A stretch of 64,000 nt of DNA from NCBI GenBank assembly GCA_963794325.1, contig CAWCDG010000003.1, positions 128,001-192,000 of the forward strand. Direction: 5' to 3'. The stretch is from an uncultured delta proteobacterium (GTDB taxonomy: Bacteria > Desulfobacterota > Binatia > Binatales > Binataceae). The notes beneath the pieces are model-generated. The model saw nothing but the letters and a program-made list of their open reading frames with translations, was not told the origin of the DNA and made no database searches. A program made the translations under genes and the position numbers. The first letter of the stretch is position 1. Each line of letters starts with the position of its first letter. Below, piece by piece: positions 27,506 to 37,530 of the stretch.

Positions 27506-30500
27506 TCAATGAAAATCGTGCGACGGCGGGATGGTGCCGGGAATCTTGATTTCCTCGAACCGGCGCGCGCGAATCGCGGTCACGCCGTCAACCTGTTGCA
27601 GAACCCCTTCCGCCATCAGGATACTGGCGCTGCGCAGCAGCAAACGGTTTTGCTGGAATAAGTCGGGCGTGACGATCAGGTTGGCGATCCCGGTTTCGTC
27701 CTCGAGCGTGATGAACAAAAAACCCTTGGCGGTGCCGGGACGTTGACGCACGATCACGACGCCCGCGGTCTTCACCCACGTCTGATGCTTGGCGCGGGTT
27801 AGATCGTCGGCGCTGAGAACTCCGCGCGCAGTCAAATCGGTGCGCAGATACGTCATCAGATGAGGGCCGGTGGTGAGGCCGGTCGCGGCGTAGTCGGCCA
27901 GCGTTTCATCGATCGGCGTCATCGATGCGAGGGGAACCTCGCTATCGCGCGGTTTCACGCCAGCCAGCAGGCTCGCGGGATCGCGTTCGACCGCGGCCGC
28001 GTTCCACATCGCGTCGCGCCGCGCCAGGCCGAACTCGGCGAACGCGCCCGCGTAGGCCAGCGCGTCGATCTCGCGGCGGTTCGGTCCGATGCGCGCAGTA
28101 AGATCAGCGATCGAATCGAACTGTCGCCGGGCGCGCTCGCTCTCAATACGAAGTCCAACTTCTTCGCGCAGGCCGGTGACGTATCGCAGTCCCATCCGCA
28201 TCGCGGGGCGCCCATCGACAATTTCGATTGTGCATTTCCAGTTCGAGCGGGTCACGTCGATCGGCAGCACGACGACACCGTGCCGCGCGGCGTCTTTGAC
28301 CAGCGTCGAGGGATGGTAGAAGCCGAGCGGATAGCAATTCAGCATCGCGGCAGTGAACGCTGCAGGGTGGTGGTACTTCAGATACGCGGACGCGTATGCG
28401 ATCAGCGCGAAGCTCGCCGCGTGTGACTCGGGAAATCCGTACAGCGCGAACGACGTGATCGAGCGCACGATGTCGTCGGCGACGCTGCCCTGCAGGCCGT
28501 TTCGCAGCATCCCGGCGCGCAAGCGTGCCTCGATTTTTTCCATCCGCTCCGCCGAGCGCTTGAATCCCATCGCGCGGCGCAGCTCCTCGGCCTCGCCGCC
28601 ACTGAACCCTGCCACCGTCATCGCCATTCGCAGCAACTGCTCCTGGAAAAGCGGGACGCCCAGCGTGCGTTTCAGTATCGGCTCGAGCGACGGATGCGGA
28701 TACTCGACGGGCGCGCGTTTGTTGCGGCGATCGAGATAGGGATGCACCATTTTGCCGACGATGGGGCCGGGGCGAATTATCGCGACCTCGACCACCAGAT
28801 CGTAAAATCGCTCGGGCTTCATCCGCGGCAAGGTCGCCATCTGTGCGCGGCTTTCGATCTGGAAAACGCCAACGGTGTCCGCGCGCCGAAGCATCGCGTA
28901 CACGTCGGGATCGTCGGCCGGTAGATGCGCGAGATCGATCTCGACTTCCTCATGCGCGCGGATCATCGGGATCGCTTCTTTCAGCGCGGCCAGCATCCCG
29001 AGTCCGAGCAGATCGATCTTGATGATGCCGAGGTCGGCGCAGTCGTCCTTGTCCCACTGAATCACGACGCGGCCGGGCATCGAGGCCGGCTCGAGCGGCA
29101 CGATCTCATCGAGCGGCTGCGCGGCGATCACCATGCCGCCGCTATGCTGCCCGAGATGACGCGGCAGGCTTTGAATTTTGCGCACGAGCTCGACCAGCAT
29201 TCTGATTCGCGGCGCTTCCGCATCGACGCCGCCGCGCTTGAGCAGCGCGACGAGATCGTCGTGATGGTCGCGGAACTCGTACACCTGGTTGAGCTTGGCG
29301 AGCCGGTCAACCTGTTCGGGCGAGAAGCCGAGCGTCTTGCCGACTTCGCGCACCGCGCTGCGAGTGCGATAAGTGATCACGTTCGCGGTCATCGCGGCGC
29401 CGCGTTCGCCGTAGCGGCGATAGACGTATTGAATCGCCATCTCGCGATCGTCGCCGCTAGGCAAGTCGAGATCGATGTCGGGCCATTCGCCACGCTCCTC
29501 CGACAGAAAGCGCTCGAACAGGAGTTCCATCTTGACGGCGTCCACCGCCGTGATTCCGAGCGCGTAACACACCGCGCTGTTGGCCGCGGAGCCGCGCCCC
29601 TGCACCATGATTCGGTTCTCGCGGCAGAACTGGACGATGTCCCAAACGATCAAGAAGTATCCGGCGAGCTTGAGCCGCTCGATGATCCCGAGCTCGTGTT
29701 CGAGTTGACGGCGAGTGCGATCGTCGATCGCGCCGCGCCATCGTTCGCGCGCACCCGCGTATGTGAGTATTCGCAAATAGCTGTCGGGCGTTTCGTTGGG
29801 TGGGAGCGGATAGTCGGGGAAGCGATAACCCATGTCGCAGAGCTGGAAAGTGCATCGCTCGGCAATCGCGCGCGTGGTGGCGACGGCAGCAGGGATATCG
29901 CGAAACAGCGCATTCATCTCGGCCGGAGATTTCAGATGGCGCTGGCTGTTGATCCACAGCGCGCGGCCAGCCTCCTCGAGCGTGGTCTTGAGACGGATGC
30001 AGGTCAGCACGTCGAGTAGCCTGCGATCCGAGCCGCCGTGGCATACGTCGTTGGTCGCGACAATCGGGATTCGCGCCGCATCGGCCAGCGCGGCGAGCTT
30101 GCGATTGAGGCGCTCCTCGCCGGCATCGAGATGCCGCTGCAAATCGATGTAGAAATTGTTCGCACCGAAAATCCCGCTCAGCCGGTTGCACAGATCGCGA
30201 GGATCGTCGCCGCGAATAAGCATCCGCGACAACGGGCTCATCACGCCGCCGGCCAGGCAGATAAGTCCGCTGCCATAGCGTTCGAGCTCGTCGAGCGTAA
30301 TTCGGCTCTCAGTCTTGGCGGGATAGACGGGTGCCGCGATGGAGCCGTCGCGAGAGAGCGCGCCGGGATTGAGCACGCGCATCTTGGAGTCGGTGATCAT
30401 GCGGCAGAGATTTTGGTAGCGCTTGCGATCGGGTGCGAGGAGGTAGAGGCGCGAATCGTCGTCGAGGGTCAGCTCGGCGCCGACGATTTGCCGGATGTTC

Positions 30501-30676
30501 GCGGCCTTCGCGGCCAGGTAAAAGCGCGGCGCACCGTAAAGTCCGTCGCGATCGCCAAGCGCCATCGCGCGGTAGCCGAGTTGCGCCGCGCGCGCCGCGA
30601 GATCCTCGGGCGTAGTCGCGCCTTCAAGAAAGCTGAAAGCACTGCGCGCGCGAAGCTCGATGTAATCGGAGTTCAT
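27506..30676 (-). CDS. dnaE2: Error-prone DNA polymerase III alpha (DnaE2/ImuC)
   Basis: PHP start SAFSFLEG, QGRGSAANS, PDIDLD, YGFPESHA, RQRPGTAKG and C-terminal SHDFH. Confidence 0.97.
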   Translation of the reverse strand: MNSDYIELRARSAFSFLEGATTPEDLAARAAQLGYRAMALGDRDGLYGAPRFYLAAKAANIRQIVGAELTLDDDSRLYLLAPDRKRYQNLCRMITDSKMRVLNPGALSRDGSIAAPVYPAKTESRITLDELERYGSGLICLAGGVMSPLSRMLIRGDDPRDLCNRLSGIFGANNFYIDLQRHLDAGEERLNRKLAALADAARIPIVATNDVCHGGSDRRLLDVLTCIRLKTTLEEAGRALWINSQRHLKSPAEMNALFRDIPAAVATTRAIAERCTFQLCDMGYRFPDYPLPPNETPDSYLRILTYAGARERWRGAIDDRTRRQLEHELGIIERLKLAGYFLIVWDIVQFCRENRIMVQGRGSAANSAVCYALGITAVDAVKMELLFERFLSEERGEWPDIDLDLPSGDDREMAIQYVYRRYGERGAAMTANVITYRTRSAVREVGKTLGFSPEQVDRLAKLNQVYEFRDHHDDLVALLKRGGVDAEAPRIRMLVELVRKIQSLPRHLGQHSGGMVIAAQPLDEIVPLEPASMPGRVVIQWDKDDCADLGIIKIDLLGLGMLAALKEAIPMIRAHEEVEIDLAHLPADDPDVYAMLRRADTVGVFQIESRAQMATLPRMKPERFYDLVVEVAIIRPGPIVGKMVHPYLDRRNKRAPVEYPHPSLEPILKRTLGVPLFQEQLLRMAMTVAGFSGGEAEELRRAMGFKRSAERMEKIEARLRAGMLRNGLQGSVADDIVRSITSFALYGFPESHAASFALIAYASAYLKYHHPAAFTAAMLNCYPLGFYHPSTLVKDAARHGVVVLPIDVTRSNWKCTIEIVDGRPAMRMGLRYVTGLREEVGLRIESERARRQFDSIADLTARIGPNRREIDALAYAGAFAEFGLARRDAMWNAAAVERDPASLLAGVKPRDSEVPLASMTPIDETLADYAATGLTTGPHLMTYLRTDLTARGVLSADDLTRAKHQTWVKTAGVVIVRQRPGTAKGFLFITLEDETGIANLIVTPDLFQQNRLLLRSASILMAEGVLQQVDGVTAIRARRFEEIKIPGTIPPSHDFH

Positions 30677-30695
30677 GGCGATGCGACACGATTGG

Positions 30696-32420
30696 TCAGT
30701 CGTAGGTGCCGTCGAGGAACCACTTGTGCGAATTCAGGTCGCGGAAGACGCGGTAGACGCCGCCGTCTTCGAGTGCGAGTTCGTAGTAATCGCGGATGAA
30801 GCCGCATTTATTGGCGCCATTCATTTCCGATCGCGCACCGTTTCCGTTAGCGCCATTGAGATGCGAAGTGGGCGAGGGCGTTGGCGTTAGCGAGGACAAT
30901 GCTTTGAGATTTTCCGCCGACACCTGGCGCGGATGCGCTCCGAACATGCGGCCGTCATGGAGTTCGAGGCCGTGCTTCGGTGCGGAATTTGTCTTGTCGG
31001 ATGAATCTGCGTGCGCATCAGTGTCCCCGGTGAATCCGAGCCACCATTCGCCGTCGCGCCGCCATGGGCCGGCGATCGAGATGACGCGCGCGCCGAGATT
31101 CTCGCCGCGGACGAATTCCGGAATCTCCCGCGAGCACATCACCTCGATTTCACGGGCCGGACGAATCGCGCGTATCACGAGTTGCGTCACATTTTTCGCG
31201 GGCGCATTTTCGGGGATCGGCAGCGCGGGCGGCGGCGCGAATGAATCAAGACGCGTCGCTTCGGGGCGATGCGAATTTTCTGCACTCAGCATGCCGACGT
31301 TGCCGGGGCCGCATAGCGCCGCCAAGCGCGCAATCGTGGTCTGCAACTTGTCGGGCGCGGGTGCGGGCGGCAGGAACATATCGGTCTGCGCGGGACGCGG
31401 GACGCGCGGCGCAATCTCGATTCGAATCGATTCGATGGCGGCCTCAGGCGGCGCCGATTCAAGACTCAGATTGATGAGCGTGAGAATCGCGCGGACGTCG
31501 TTCGACGGCGCCGCCACCTCGACCCGGCGATTGAAACTGCGATGACCGCTCATTCCGAATGCGAGCGTGATGTCGCCGGCCACCATGCCGCGAAGCGAAA
31601 GCCGATCGGCCAGCCGCTCGAGCATCGCGCGCATGACGAATCCCAGCGGCTCCAGGAGCTCGATTCCGTATTCGAGATCGACCATCTCGACGAAAAACTC
31701 GGCGCGGCGGCGCGGCACAATCGGCGCGTGACTGCCGCCGCGCGCGAGGCGCACCAGCTCGACGCCGCGACGTCCGAGCCGCGTGCCGACCGCGTCGGGA
31801 TTGAGGCGCGCCAGCTCGCCAAGGCGGCGCATCCCCCATCGCGCGAGCGTGGTTTCGAGGTCGTCGCCGCGATCCGATTTGCCGAGCCCGAGCATGTCGA
31901 GCGGCAGCCAGTTCAGGAATTCGCGCTCGCGGCCGGCTTCGATCACACGCACGCCGCCGCATCGCGCGGCCAGATGCGCCAATTCCTTGTTGGCCGCGAC
32001 GCCGGCGGCGGGTTCCATCCCGACTCGACGCACGCATCGAACCAGCTCGGCGGTGATTTCTTCTTCATCATTGTAGATGCGATTCAGGCCCGCGAGATCG
32101 ACCCAAGCGCATCCCGGCGCGCCCGCTTCGACCACCGGCGAAACCGATTCGACCGCGTCGAGCAGCGCTGAATGCGCCGAGCTTTCCGCGGCGGGCGAGC
32201 GATGGACCACGATCAGATCTGACGAGATCGCGCGCGACTGCGCGATCGTCATGCCGGGGCGGATTCCAAGTTCACGCGCGCGCGGCGAGATAGCGTCGAG
32301 CTCGGCATGCGGGGCGAGGCTTTTCGCTATAGCCAGGACCTGGTCCGCGAGCGCGGGATTCGAACGCACGAGAGCCGCAATAGAAAAATCTGCGACCATG
32401 ATGCACGCGATACGAGCCAT
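30696..32420 (-). CDS. imuB: ImuB, Y-family polymerase-like protein
   Basis: GIRPGMTIAQ, SPVVE, GPWR..GEWW and RDYY...WFLDGTYD motifs; located between imuA and dnaE2. Confidence 0.92.
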   Translation of the reverse strand: MARIACIMVADFSIAALVRSNPALADQVLAIAKSLAPHAELDAISPRARELGIRPGMTIAQSRAISSDLIVVHRSPAAESSAHSALLDAVESVSPVVEAGAPGCAWVDLAGLNRIYNDEEEITAELVRCVRRVGMEPAAGVAANKELAHLAARCGGVRVIEAGREREFLNWLPLDMLGLGKSDRGDDLETTLARWGMRRLGELARLNPDAVGTRLGRRGVELVRLARGGSHAPIVPRRRAEFFVEMVDLEYGIELLEPLGFVMRAMLERLADRLSLRGMVAGDITLAFGMSGHRSFNRRVEVAAPSNDVRAILTLINLSLESAPPEAAIESIRIEIAPRVPRPAQTDMFLPPAPAPDKLQTTIARLAALCGPGNVGMLSAENSHRPEATRLDSFAPPPALPIPENAPAKNVTQLVIRAIRPAREIEVMCSREIPEFVRGENLGARVISIAGPWRRDGEWWLGFTGDTDAHADSSDKTNSAPKHGLELHDGRMFGAHPRQVSAENLKALSSLTPTPSPTSHLNGANGNGARSEMNGANKCGFIRDYYELALEDGGVYRVFRDLNSHKWFLDGTYD

Positions 32421-32432
32421 CGGAACACCGTG

Positions 32433-33257
32433 TCAGCTGCTTGCGGAAATCAGAACCTGCGCTTCGGTCCGATCGGAGTGCGGATGCGCCTCGAATGGAT
32501 TTGGAATTGGATCAACGAGTGCGCGCACGCGAACATGCCGTCCCGTCCCGCCCATCTTGTTGCGCGCGACCATCGCATCGACCGCGAGTCCGTCAAACAT
32601 CACCGGTGCGCCGGGCGCGAGCCGGCTGAACGACGTCTCGGCGCGGCTGGCGGCAATGCTGAGCGCGGCGAACGTCCCGCACATCCGCCATGGCGCGATT
32701 GCGATCACGGCGGCGCCACTGCGCTCGGCCGCGCGCGCGATTCGTAGCGATGACGCATAGCTGAGTGCGCGCGGTGCTTCGCCGAAATCGACGACGACCA
32801 GGCCGAAGCCGCCGGCCTCGAGCACCAGCTCGGCAGCTTTGACGATCGCCGATTGAGGGCGCGCGAGCGGGCCGGCTGCGAAGCGAGCGTGCGGCAGAAT
32901 CCGCGACGCCGCCGCCGTCTTCATCGACGCCCACAGCATCCGGCGAAGCTCTACTCCGGCGGCCGCCATGCTCTCGGGATCGAAACTGCCCGAACTGTCG
33001 AGCCATGCGGCGACCTCGCCGCAGCGGGTGGCGAAACTGGCGAACGATGCGGCAATCGAGGTCTTGCCTGAACCGGCGCGCCCGGTGATTTCGCTGATTC
33101 GCCCGCGCGGAATTCCGCCGTCGATCAGAGCGTCGAGCGGTGCGAGACCGGAGCTTAATCGCCGGTCCTTGCGAGTAAGCTCATGCCCACGAAAAACCCC
33201 TGAAAATTCAAGCTGTTGCGGTCTTTTGACGACCTGAATCGGGATTGAATGAGCCAT
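32433..33257 (-). CDS. imuA: ImuA, RecA-like protein
   Basis: SSGLAPLDALIDGGIPRGRISEITG, intact Walker A GRAGSGKT and AGGFGLVVVD; first gene of the cassette. Confidence 0.88.
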   Translation of the reverse strand: MAHSIPIQVVKRPQQLEFSGVFRGHELTRKDRRLSSGLAPLDALIDGGIPRGRISEITGRAGSGKTSIAASFASFATRCGEVAAWLDSSGSFDPESMAAAGVELRRMLWASMKTAAASRILPHARFAAGPLARPQSAIVKAAELVLEAGGFGLVVVDFGEAPRALSYASSLRIARAAERSGAAVIAIAPWRMCGTFAALSIAASRAETSFSRLAPGAPVMFDGLAVDAMVARNKMGGTGRHVRVRALVDPIPNPFEAHPHSDRTEAQVLISASS

Positions 33258-33296
33258 CAATGACGAAGGTGTCGGAAGAGCAGCCACAAGATACGT

Positions 33297-33323
33297 TTTC
33301 GCTCTTTCTTCGCCACATGTCAA
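33297..33323 (-). promoter_or_regulatory. Candidate SOS/LexA operator and -35 element for imuABC
   Basis: TTTC-N7-CTTC (TTCGC direct repeat with 11-bp period) at 33297-33313; TTGACA on the minus strand at 33323-33318. Confidence 0.4.
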
Positions 33324-33421
33324 CGGCGATTATCCGGATGGTGACACGCTATGAAAATTAGCCTGATAATCCCTCGTCAAATGGCGAAGAAGAGTCTAAG
33401 CCATTGGCGGGGGTGCATTCG

Positions 33422-34117
33422 ATGCGAAATTTCTTGCTGTGGCTCAAAGCCGTGCTGATCGACGGCGTTCTCGGCTGGATTGGTGCAGGAGCTACGACTA
33501 TTGGGATCGTCGGCTTCTTCTCTCCTACTTTCGCTGAATGGTTACAGACCTACCACGTTCAGAAAGAACCAGTCCTCGTTCTTGGTATTGCGATGATCTT
33601 CTTTGCAAGTTTTGTCGCTTGGAATGCGGAGCGTACTCGCCTGAGCGAGCAGGATAACGACGTTCATTTTGCTCTCGAAATTCCTCAAGTCGAAATCATC
33701 AAAGAGGGGCATGTAGTACGAATCTGGTTCGCACTGACAAACACTAGCGAGCGGGTTGCTGAGAGAGTTGAATTTCTCCGAACTGGCCGATTCGCACAGG
33801 CGCATTCATCGTCCACGTCCGGGGGTGCAGTGGGGACGCTTTCTCCGAAACAAACGAATTCCGGCTATTTGGATTTGATGATCACGATTAACGGTTGGGT
33901 GCTTTGGGACCACATTCGCGAGAATCAAGTGGGCATCGGCATCACTGGATACATCGAGTATTCTACAAGAGCGTTGAAGACTCGTTTTCGTCAGACGTTC
34001 AGCGCATCATTCGACCATAAGATCTATCAATTTGTCTGTCATCTGAACCCAGTGGAGTACGCTCCGAAAAGCACTTCATGGTTCGCAAGCATTCTAAAGA
34101 CAATCGATGCCGGTTAA
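33422..34117 (+). CDS. Hypothetical membrane protein (2 N-terminal TM segments plus a beta-rich domain), lower GC
   Basis: Long ORF with atypical codon usage and two hydrophobic segments. Confidence 0.7.
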   Translation: MRNFLLWLKAVLIDGVLGWIGAGATTIGIVGFFSPTFAEWLQTYHVQKEPVLVLGIAMIFFASFVAWNAERTRLSEQDNDVHFALEIPQVEIIKEGHVVRIWFALTNTSERVAERVEFLRTGRFAQAHSSSTSGGAVGTLSPKQTNSGYLDLMITINGWVLWDHIRENQVGIGITGYIEYSTRALKTRFRQTFSASFDHKIYQFVCHLNPVEYAPKSTSWFASILKTIDAG

Positions 34118-34179
34118 TAAGAAAAGCGAAAGGCCGAACCCTTGCGAGTCCGGCCCATTCAAAGATGCGCGAGACGCGC

Positions 34180-34463
34180 CTATTTTTTGGCTTTAGCGAG
34201 GAGATCGTCCAGTTCGCGATTGACGCCATCCATCGTCTCAATCAGACGATCCAAGGCGCTATCCAGCGTGGCCTTGTCCAAACCCTTTCCGTTCGACGCG
34301 GAAGCCTGATTCAGTGCCTCCATCGTCTTTTGGCTTTTCTGTACGCGCGCCATTAGTCCTGCGGCTTTCGCTTTCGATTCTGGGTAAGCGCGAACGTCTT
34401 TAACTCGCGTGCTTTCCCCGGTGCTTCGATTACAAGATGAATGAATCTTTCGCGTCTGTCCAT
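34180..34463 (-). CDS. Small helical hypothetical protein, probably with one frameshift near 34382
   Basis: ATG 34463 reads MDRRERFIHLVIEAPGKARELKTFALT; adding one C to a CCC run joins it to PESKAKAAGLMARVQKSQ...LLAKAKK. It could instead be two TAATG-coupled short ORFs. Confidence 0.45.
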
Positions 34464-34526
34464 GGTCTAAGAAAACCCGCAATTTTGGGTTTCAGCGTCT
34501 GCTGCAAATCACCATATCAACCACGA

Positions 34527-35727
34527 TTACTGCTCCGTCACGACGCGGGTGGCGCCGTTCAGGAATGGGCCGAAGCGCTTGGTGATAAAGCCGGCCAGGA
34601 AGGTTCTGGCGAAGGCGATCATCGGGGCGCTGACTATGATGCGGCTTAGGAGCGAGTTCGAGAGTAGGAAGCGCGGGCCGATTTGCTGCATGTCCTGGAT
34701 GGTTGTGATTTCGGGCCATCGCTCGGCTTGAATGTTGCGCGCGGCGAAGTCGAGCGTGGCTTGGTCTTCGCGCATCTTGAGCGCGCGGCCGAGATGGTTT
34801 GCGGTGACGACTGCGTCGCGAAGAGCGACGTTGATGCCTTGTCCGCCGACCGGAGACATCGGATGGGCGGCGTCGCCGATCAGCAGCAAGCCGGGTGCGG
34901 TCCATTCGCGCAAGCGATCGCAAATGACGTCGAGCAGGAACGGACGGGCGAGTCCGGATTTATTCGCGGCGAGATATTGTCTCAGGTCGGGTGACACATG
35001 CGGCACGAGCTCGTCGATCCATCGATCGCCCATCTTTTTGATATCGCCGAAGGTGCCTTTGTCTATCACCCATCCGATCTGCGTGTGACCTTCGGGGGAC
35101 GGATACGTGATGAGCAGATGGCCGTTTCCGATGTAGCCGCGCGCGGTCCGAGTGTCGGGAAATTGGCCGGGGACGTGCGCCCACACCACGTCGAAGCCTT
35201 GCATGATGCGATCCTGTGGGAGCGCGGCGCGTTTGCGAATCGCGGAGGCGCGGCCGTCGCATGCGATGACGAAGTCGCCGCGAAATTCGCGCGGACCGTC
35301 GTGCGCGTCGGCATGAACCCCGACTACGCGATCTTTTTCGTAGATGAGATCGCGCACGGTGACGCCGCGCTCGAGTTTGAAGCCGGGGAGTTTGGCGGCC
35401 TCGGTGACAATCATCTCGAGCATCGCGGGCTGCGGCACGATTCGCGGGCGCACCGCGAGGCCGTCAAGCGGAAAGGTGACCACGAGCTGTTCGCCGCGAA
35501 AAATCTGGGCGGTCTCCAATCGGCCGGTTCGGCAAGGCGTCGAACTGCGGACGAAGTCCAGCCTCGTGCATCGCGGCGATTCCCGACGGCATCAGTACTT
35601 CGCCACGAAACTCGCGGGAGAAATCAGTCTGTCGTTCGAGCAAAGTGACGGGCACGCCACGGCGGGCGAGCATGTAGGCGAGCAGGGCGCCTGCGGGTCC
35701 GGCGCCGACGACGATTGCGCCCGACAT
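34527..35727 (-). CDS. FAD-dependent oxidoreductase/monooxygenase (UbiH/FAD_binding_3), frameshift near 35518
   Basis: VVGAGPAG...LLERQTDFSREFRGE in one frame; ACDGRAS and LIGDAAHPMSPVGGQGIN in the next. Confidence 0.88.
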
Positions 35728-36737
35728 TAGACTTCGCGCGAGGTCTGGTCGTCGATTAAGGTTGCGAGGCCGTCGCGATAGGGCGACGGTTCGAGCTGGC
35801 CGACAATCGAGCGCGCGATTGCGATCTGCTCCGCGGCCAGACCGCGTGCGGCGCCGATGATTTCAGGATCGCGCAGCAGGTCGAGCGCGCGGTCGAACGC
35901 CGCGCCTTCCATCTGAGTACCGTTCTGAAAGAGCGCGCGCAGTTCGGCGCTGCGCTCGACGCCGAGCACGACCGGCAGCGACGGAATGCCGGCGCGCAAA
36001 TCGGAGCCGACTGGTTTGCCGATTTTTTCTTCGGGCCCCAGGATGTCGAGCAGGTCGTCAACCATCTGGAACGCGAGGCCCATCGCGGTGCCGAGCTTCG
36101 CCATCGCGTCGATCGTCCTGGTGGATACGCGAGCCAGTTCCGCCGCGAGCCTGCCGCCTGCGTAGAACAGCGACGCGGTCTTGCGATCGATCACGTTGAT
36201 ATAATCGGCGAGCGTCGCAGCCGCGTTGTGACGGAACCTGCTCTCCATCACTTCGCCTTCGGTGAGCTGGATGCAGGCCTGCGCCGCGGTTCGCACGAGA
36301 CGTTCTTCGAAGCGGCCGGAGACCTCGAACGCGCGGCAGAACAGGTAGTCGCCGGCGATCAGCGACGGGCCGAATCCGTAGCGGGCGAAGGCCGACGGCT
36401 TGCCGCGGCGCAGCAGGCCGCGATCGATGATGTCGTCGTGGAGCAGCGTCGCCGAATGGATCAGTTCGAGTGCGATTGCCGCGTCGATCGGCTCGTCGAC
36501 TCGCGCGTCGGGCCCGCCGCAAGCACGATACACCAGCATGATGAAGGTCGGGCGCAGGCGCTTGCCGCCGGCGTCGACGAGGTAGTGGCAAATTTCCGCG
36601 ATGATCGGTTCTTTGGAGTCGAGCAGGCGCGACAGCTTCGCCTCGACCGCATTGAGGTCGGCTTCGACGAGGCGCGCGGGGTTCAACGCGTCAGGCGTCG
36701 ATGCGGCGGCGAGTTGTGTTGCCTTGGCTCTCTTCAT
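35727..36737 (-). CDS. Long-chain polyprenyl diphosphate synthase
   Basis: GGKRLRP, HSATLLHDDIID, RRG, KTA and FQMVDDLLD motifs; small residue five positions before the first DDxxD. Confidence 0.93.
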   Translation of the reverse strand: MKRAKATQLAAASTPDALNPARLVEADLNAVEAKLSRLLDSKEPIIAEICHYLVDAGGKRLRPTFIMLVYRACGGPDARVDEPIDAAIALELIHSATLLHDDIIDRGLLRRGKPSAFARYGFGPSLIAGDYLFCRAFEVSGRFEERLVRTAAQACIQLTEGEVMESRFRHNAAATLADYINVIDRKTASLFYAGGRLAAELARVSTRTIDAMAKLGTAMGLAFQMVDDLLDILGPEEKIGKPVGSDLRAGIPSLPVVLGVERSAELRALFQNGTQMEGAAFDRALDLLRDPEIIGAARGLAAEQIAIARSIVGQLEPSPYRDGLATLIDDQTSREV

Positions 36738-36762
36738 CTTCTCAGTGAAATCGTGAATCGGA

Positions 36763-37515
36763 TCAACGGAATAAATCCATTTCAGCCGGACGAATCAATA
36801 TCTTCGCGCTGCCTTCGAACGGTTCGTATTGGAAGCCCCGCACGACGACTGCGGGAATGGCGCCCGCTTTTTCCATCAGCAGACCGGCGGCGGATGCGAT
36901 CTCGTCGGCGATCGCGACGACCGTGTGATGCAATTCGCGGCCACCAAGATCGGTGGTGCCGCGCAAATCGAGGATCGGATTCATGCCTGCGATGCCGAGG
37001 CAGATTTCGGTGAGTCCATCGCGCCATGGACGGCCGAAGGTGTCGGTGATCAGCACGGCGACGGTGACGCCGAGACGGCGCCGAATCTCGTCGCGAAGGC
37101 GTCGCGCGGAGGCGTCGGGATCTTCGGGCAGCAGGATCGCGCGTTCGTCCTCGAGGCTGTTGGATTCGTCGACGCCGGCATTTGCGCAGACCCATCCGGG
37201 GCCGGTCTCGACGATCAGCACGCCGCGATCGTTGCGGACGATTCGGCTGGTTTGGCGCAACACGATTTCGATCGCGCGCGGATCTTTCTCCCATCGCTTG
37301 GCGTAGGCCTTGGCGAATTCGGAGGGCTCGAAATCCTTGAAGTTCACGACGCGACCCTCAGACTTCGAGACTACCTTCTGACATACGACGAGAATATCGC
37401 CGGCCGCGAGCTTGAAGCCGGTATCTGCCAGTCCTTTGGCGATCAGCGCGGCGAGGTCGTCGCCCGCTTTGACCATCGGGATGTTCTCGACCGCTGTGAG
37501 ACTTATCGTGCGCAT
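36763..37515 (-). CDS. cofE: Coenzyme F420-0:L-glutamate ligase
   Basis: KVVSKSEGR, ANAGVDESN, LLPEDPDASA and DTFGRPWR motifs. Confidence 0.95.
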   Translation of the reverse strand: MRTISLTAVENIPMVKAGDDLAALIAKGLADTGFKLAAGDILVVCQKVVSKSEGRVVNFKDFEPSEFAKAYAKRWEKDPRAIEIVLRQTSRIVRNDRGVLIVETGPGWVCANAGVDESNSLEDERAILLPEDPDASARRLRDEIRRRLGVTVAVLITDTFGRPWRDGLTEICLGIAGMNPILDLRGTTDLGGRELHHTVVAIADEIASAAGLLMEKAGAIPAVVVRGFQYEPFEGSAKILIRPAEMDLFR

Positions 37516-37530
37516 TGCCGGACCAGAGTA

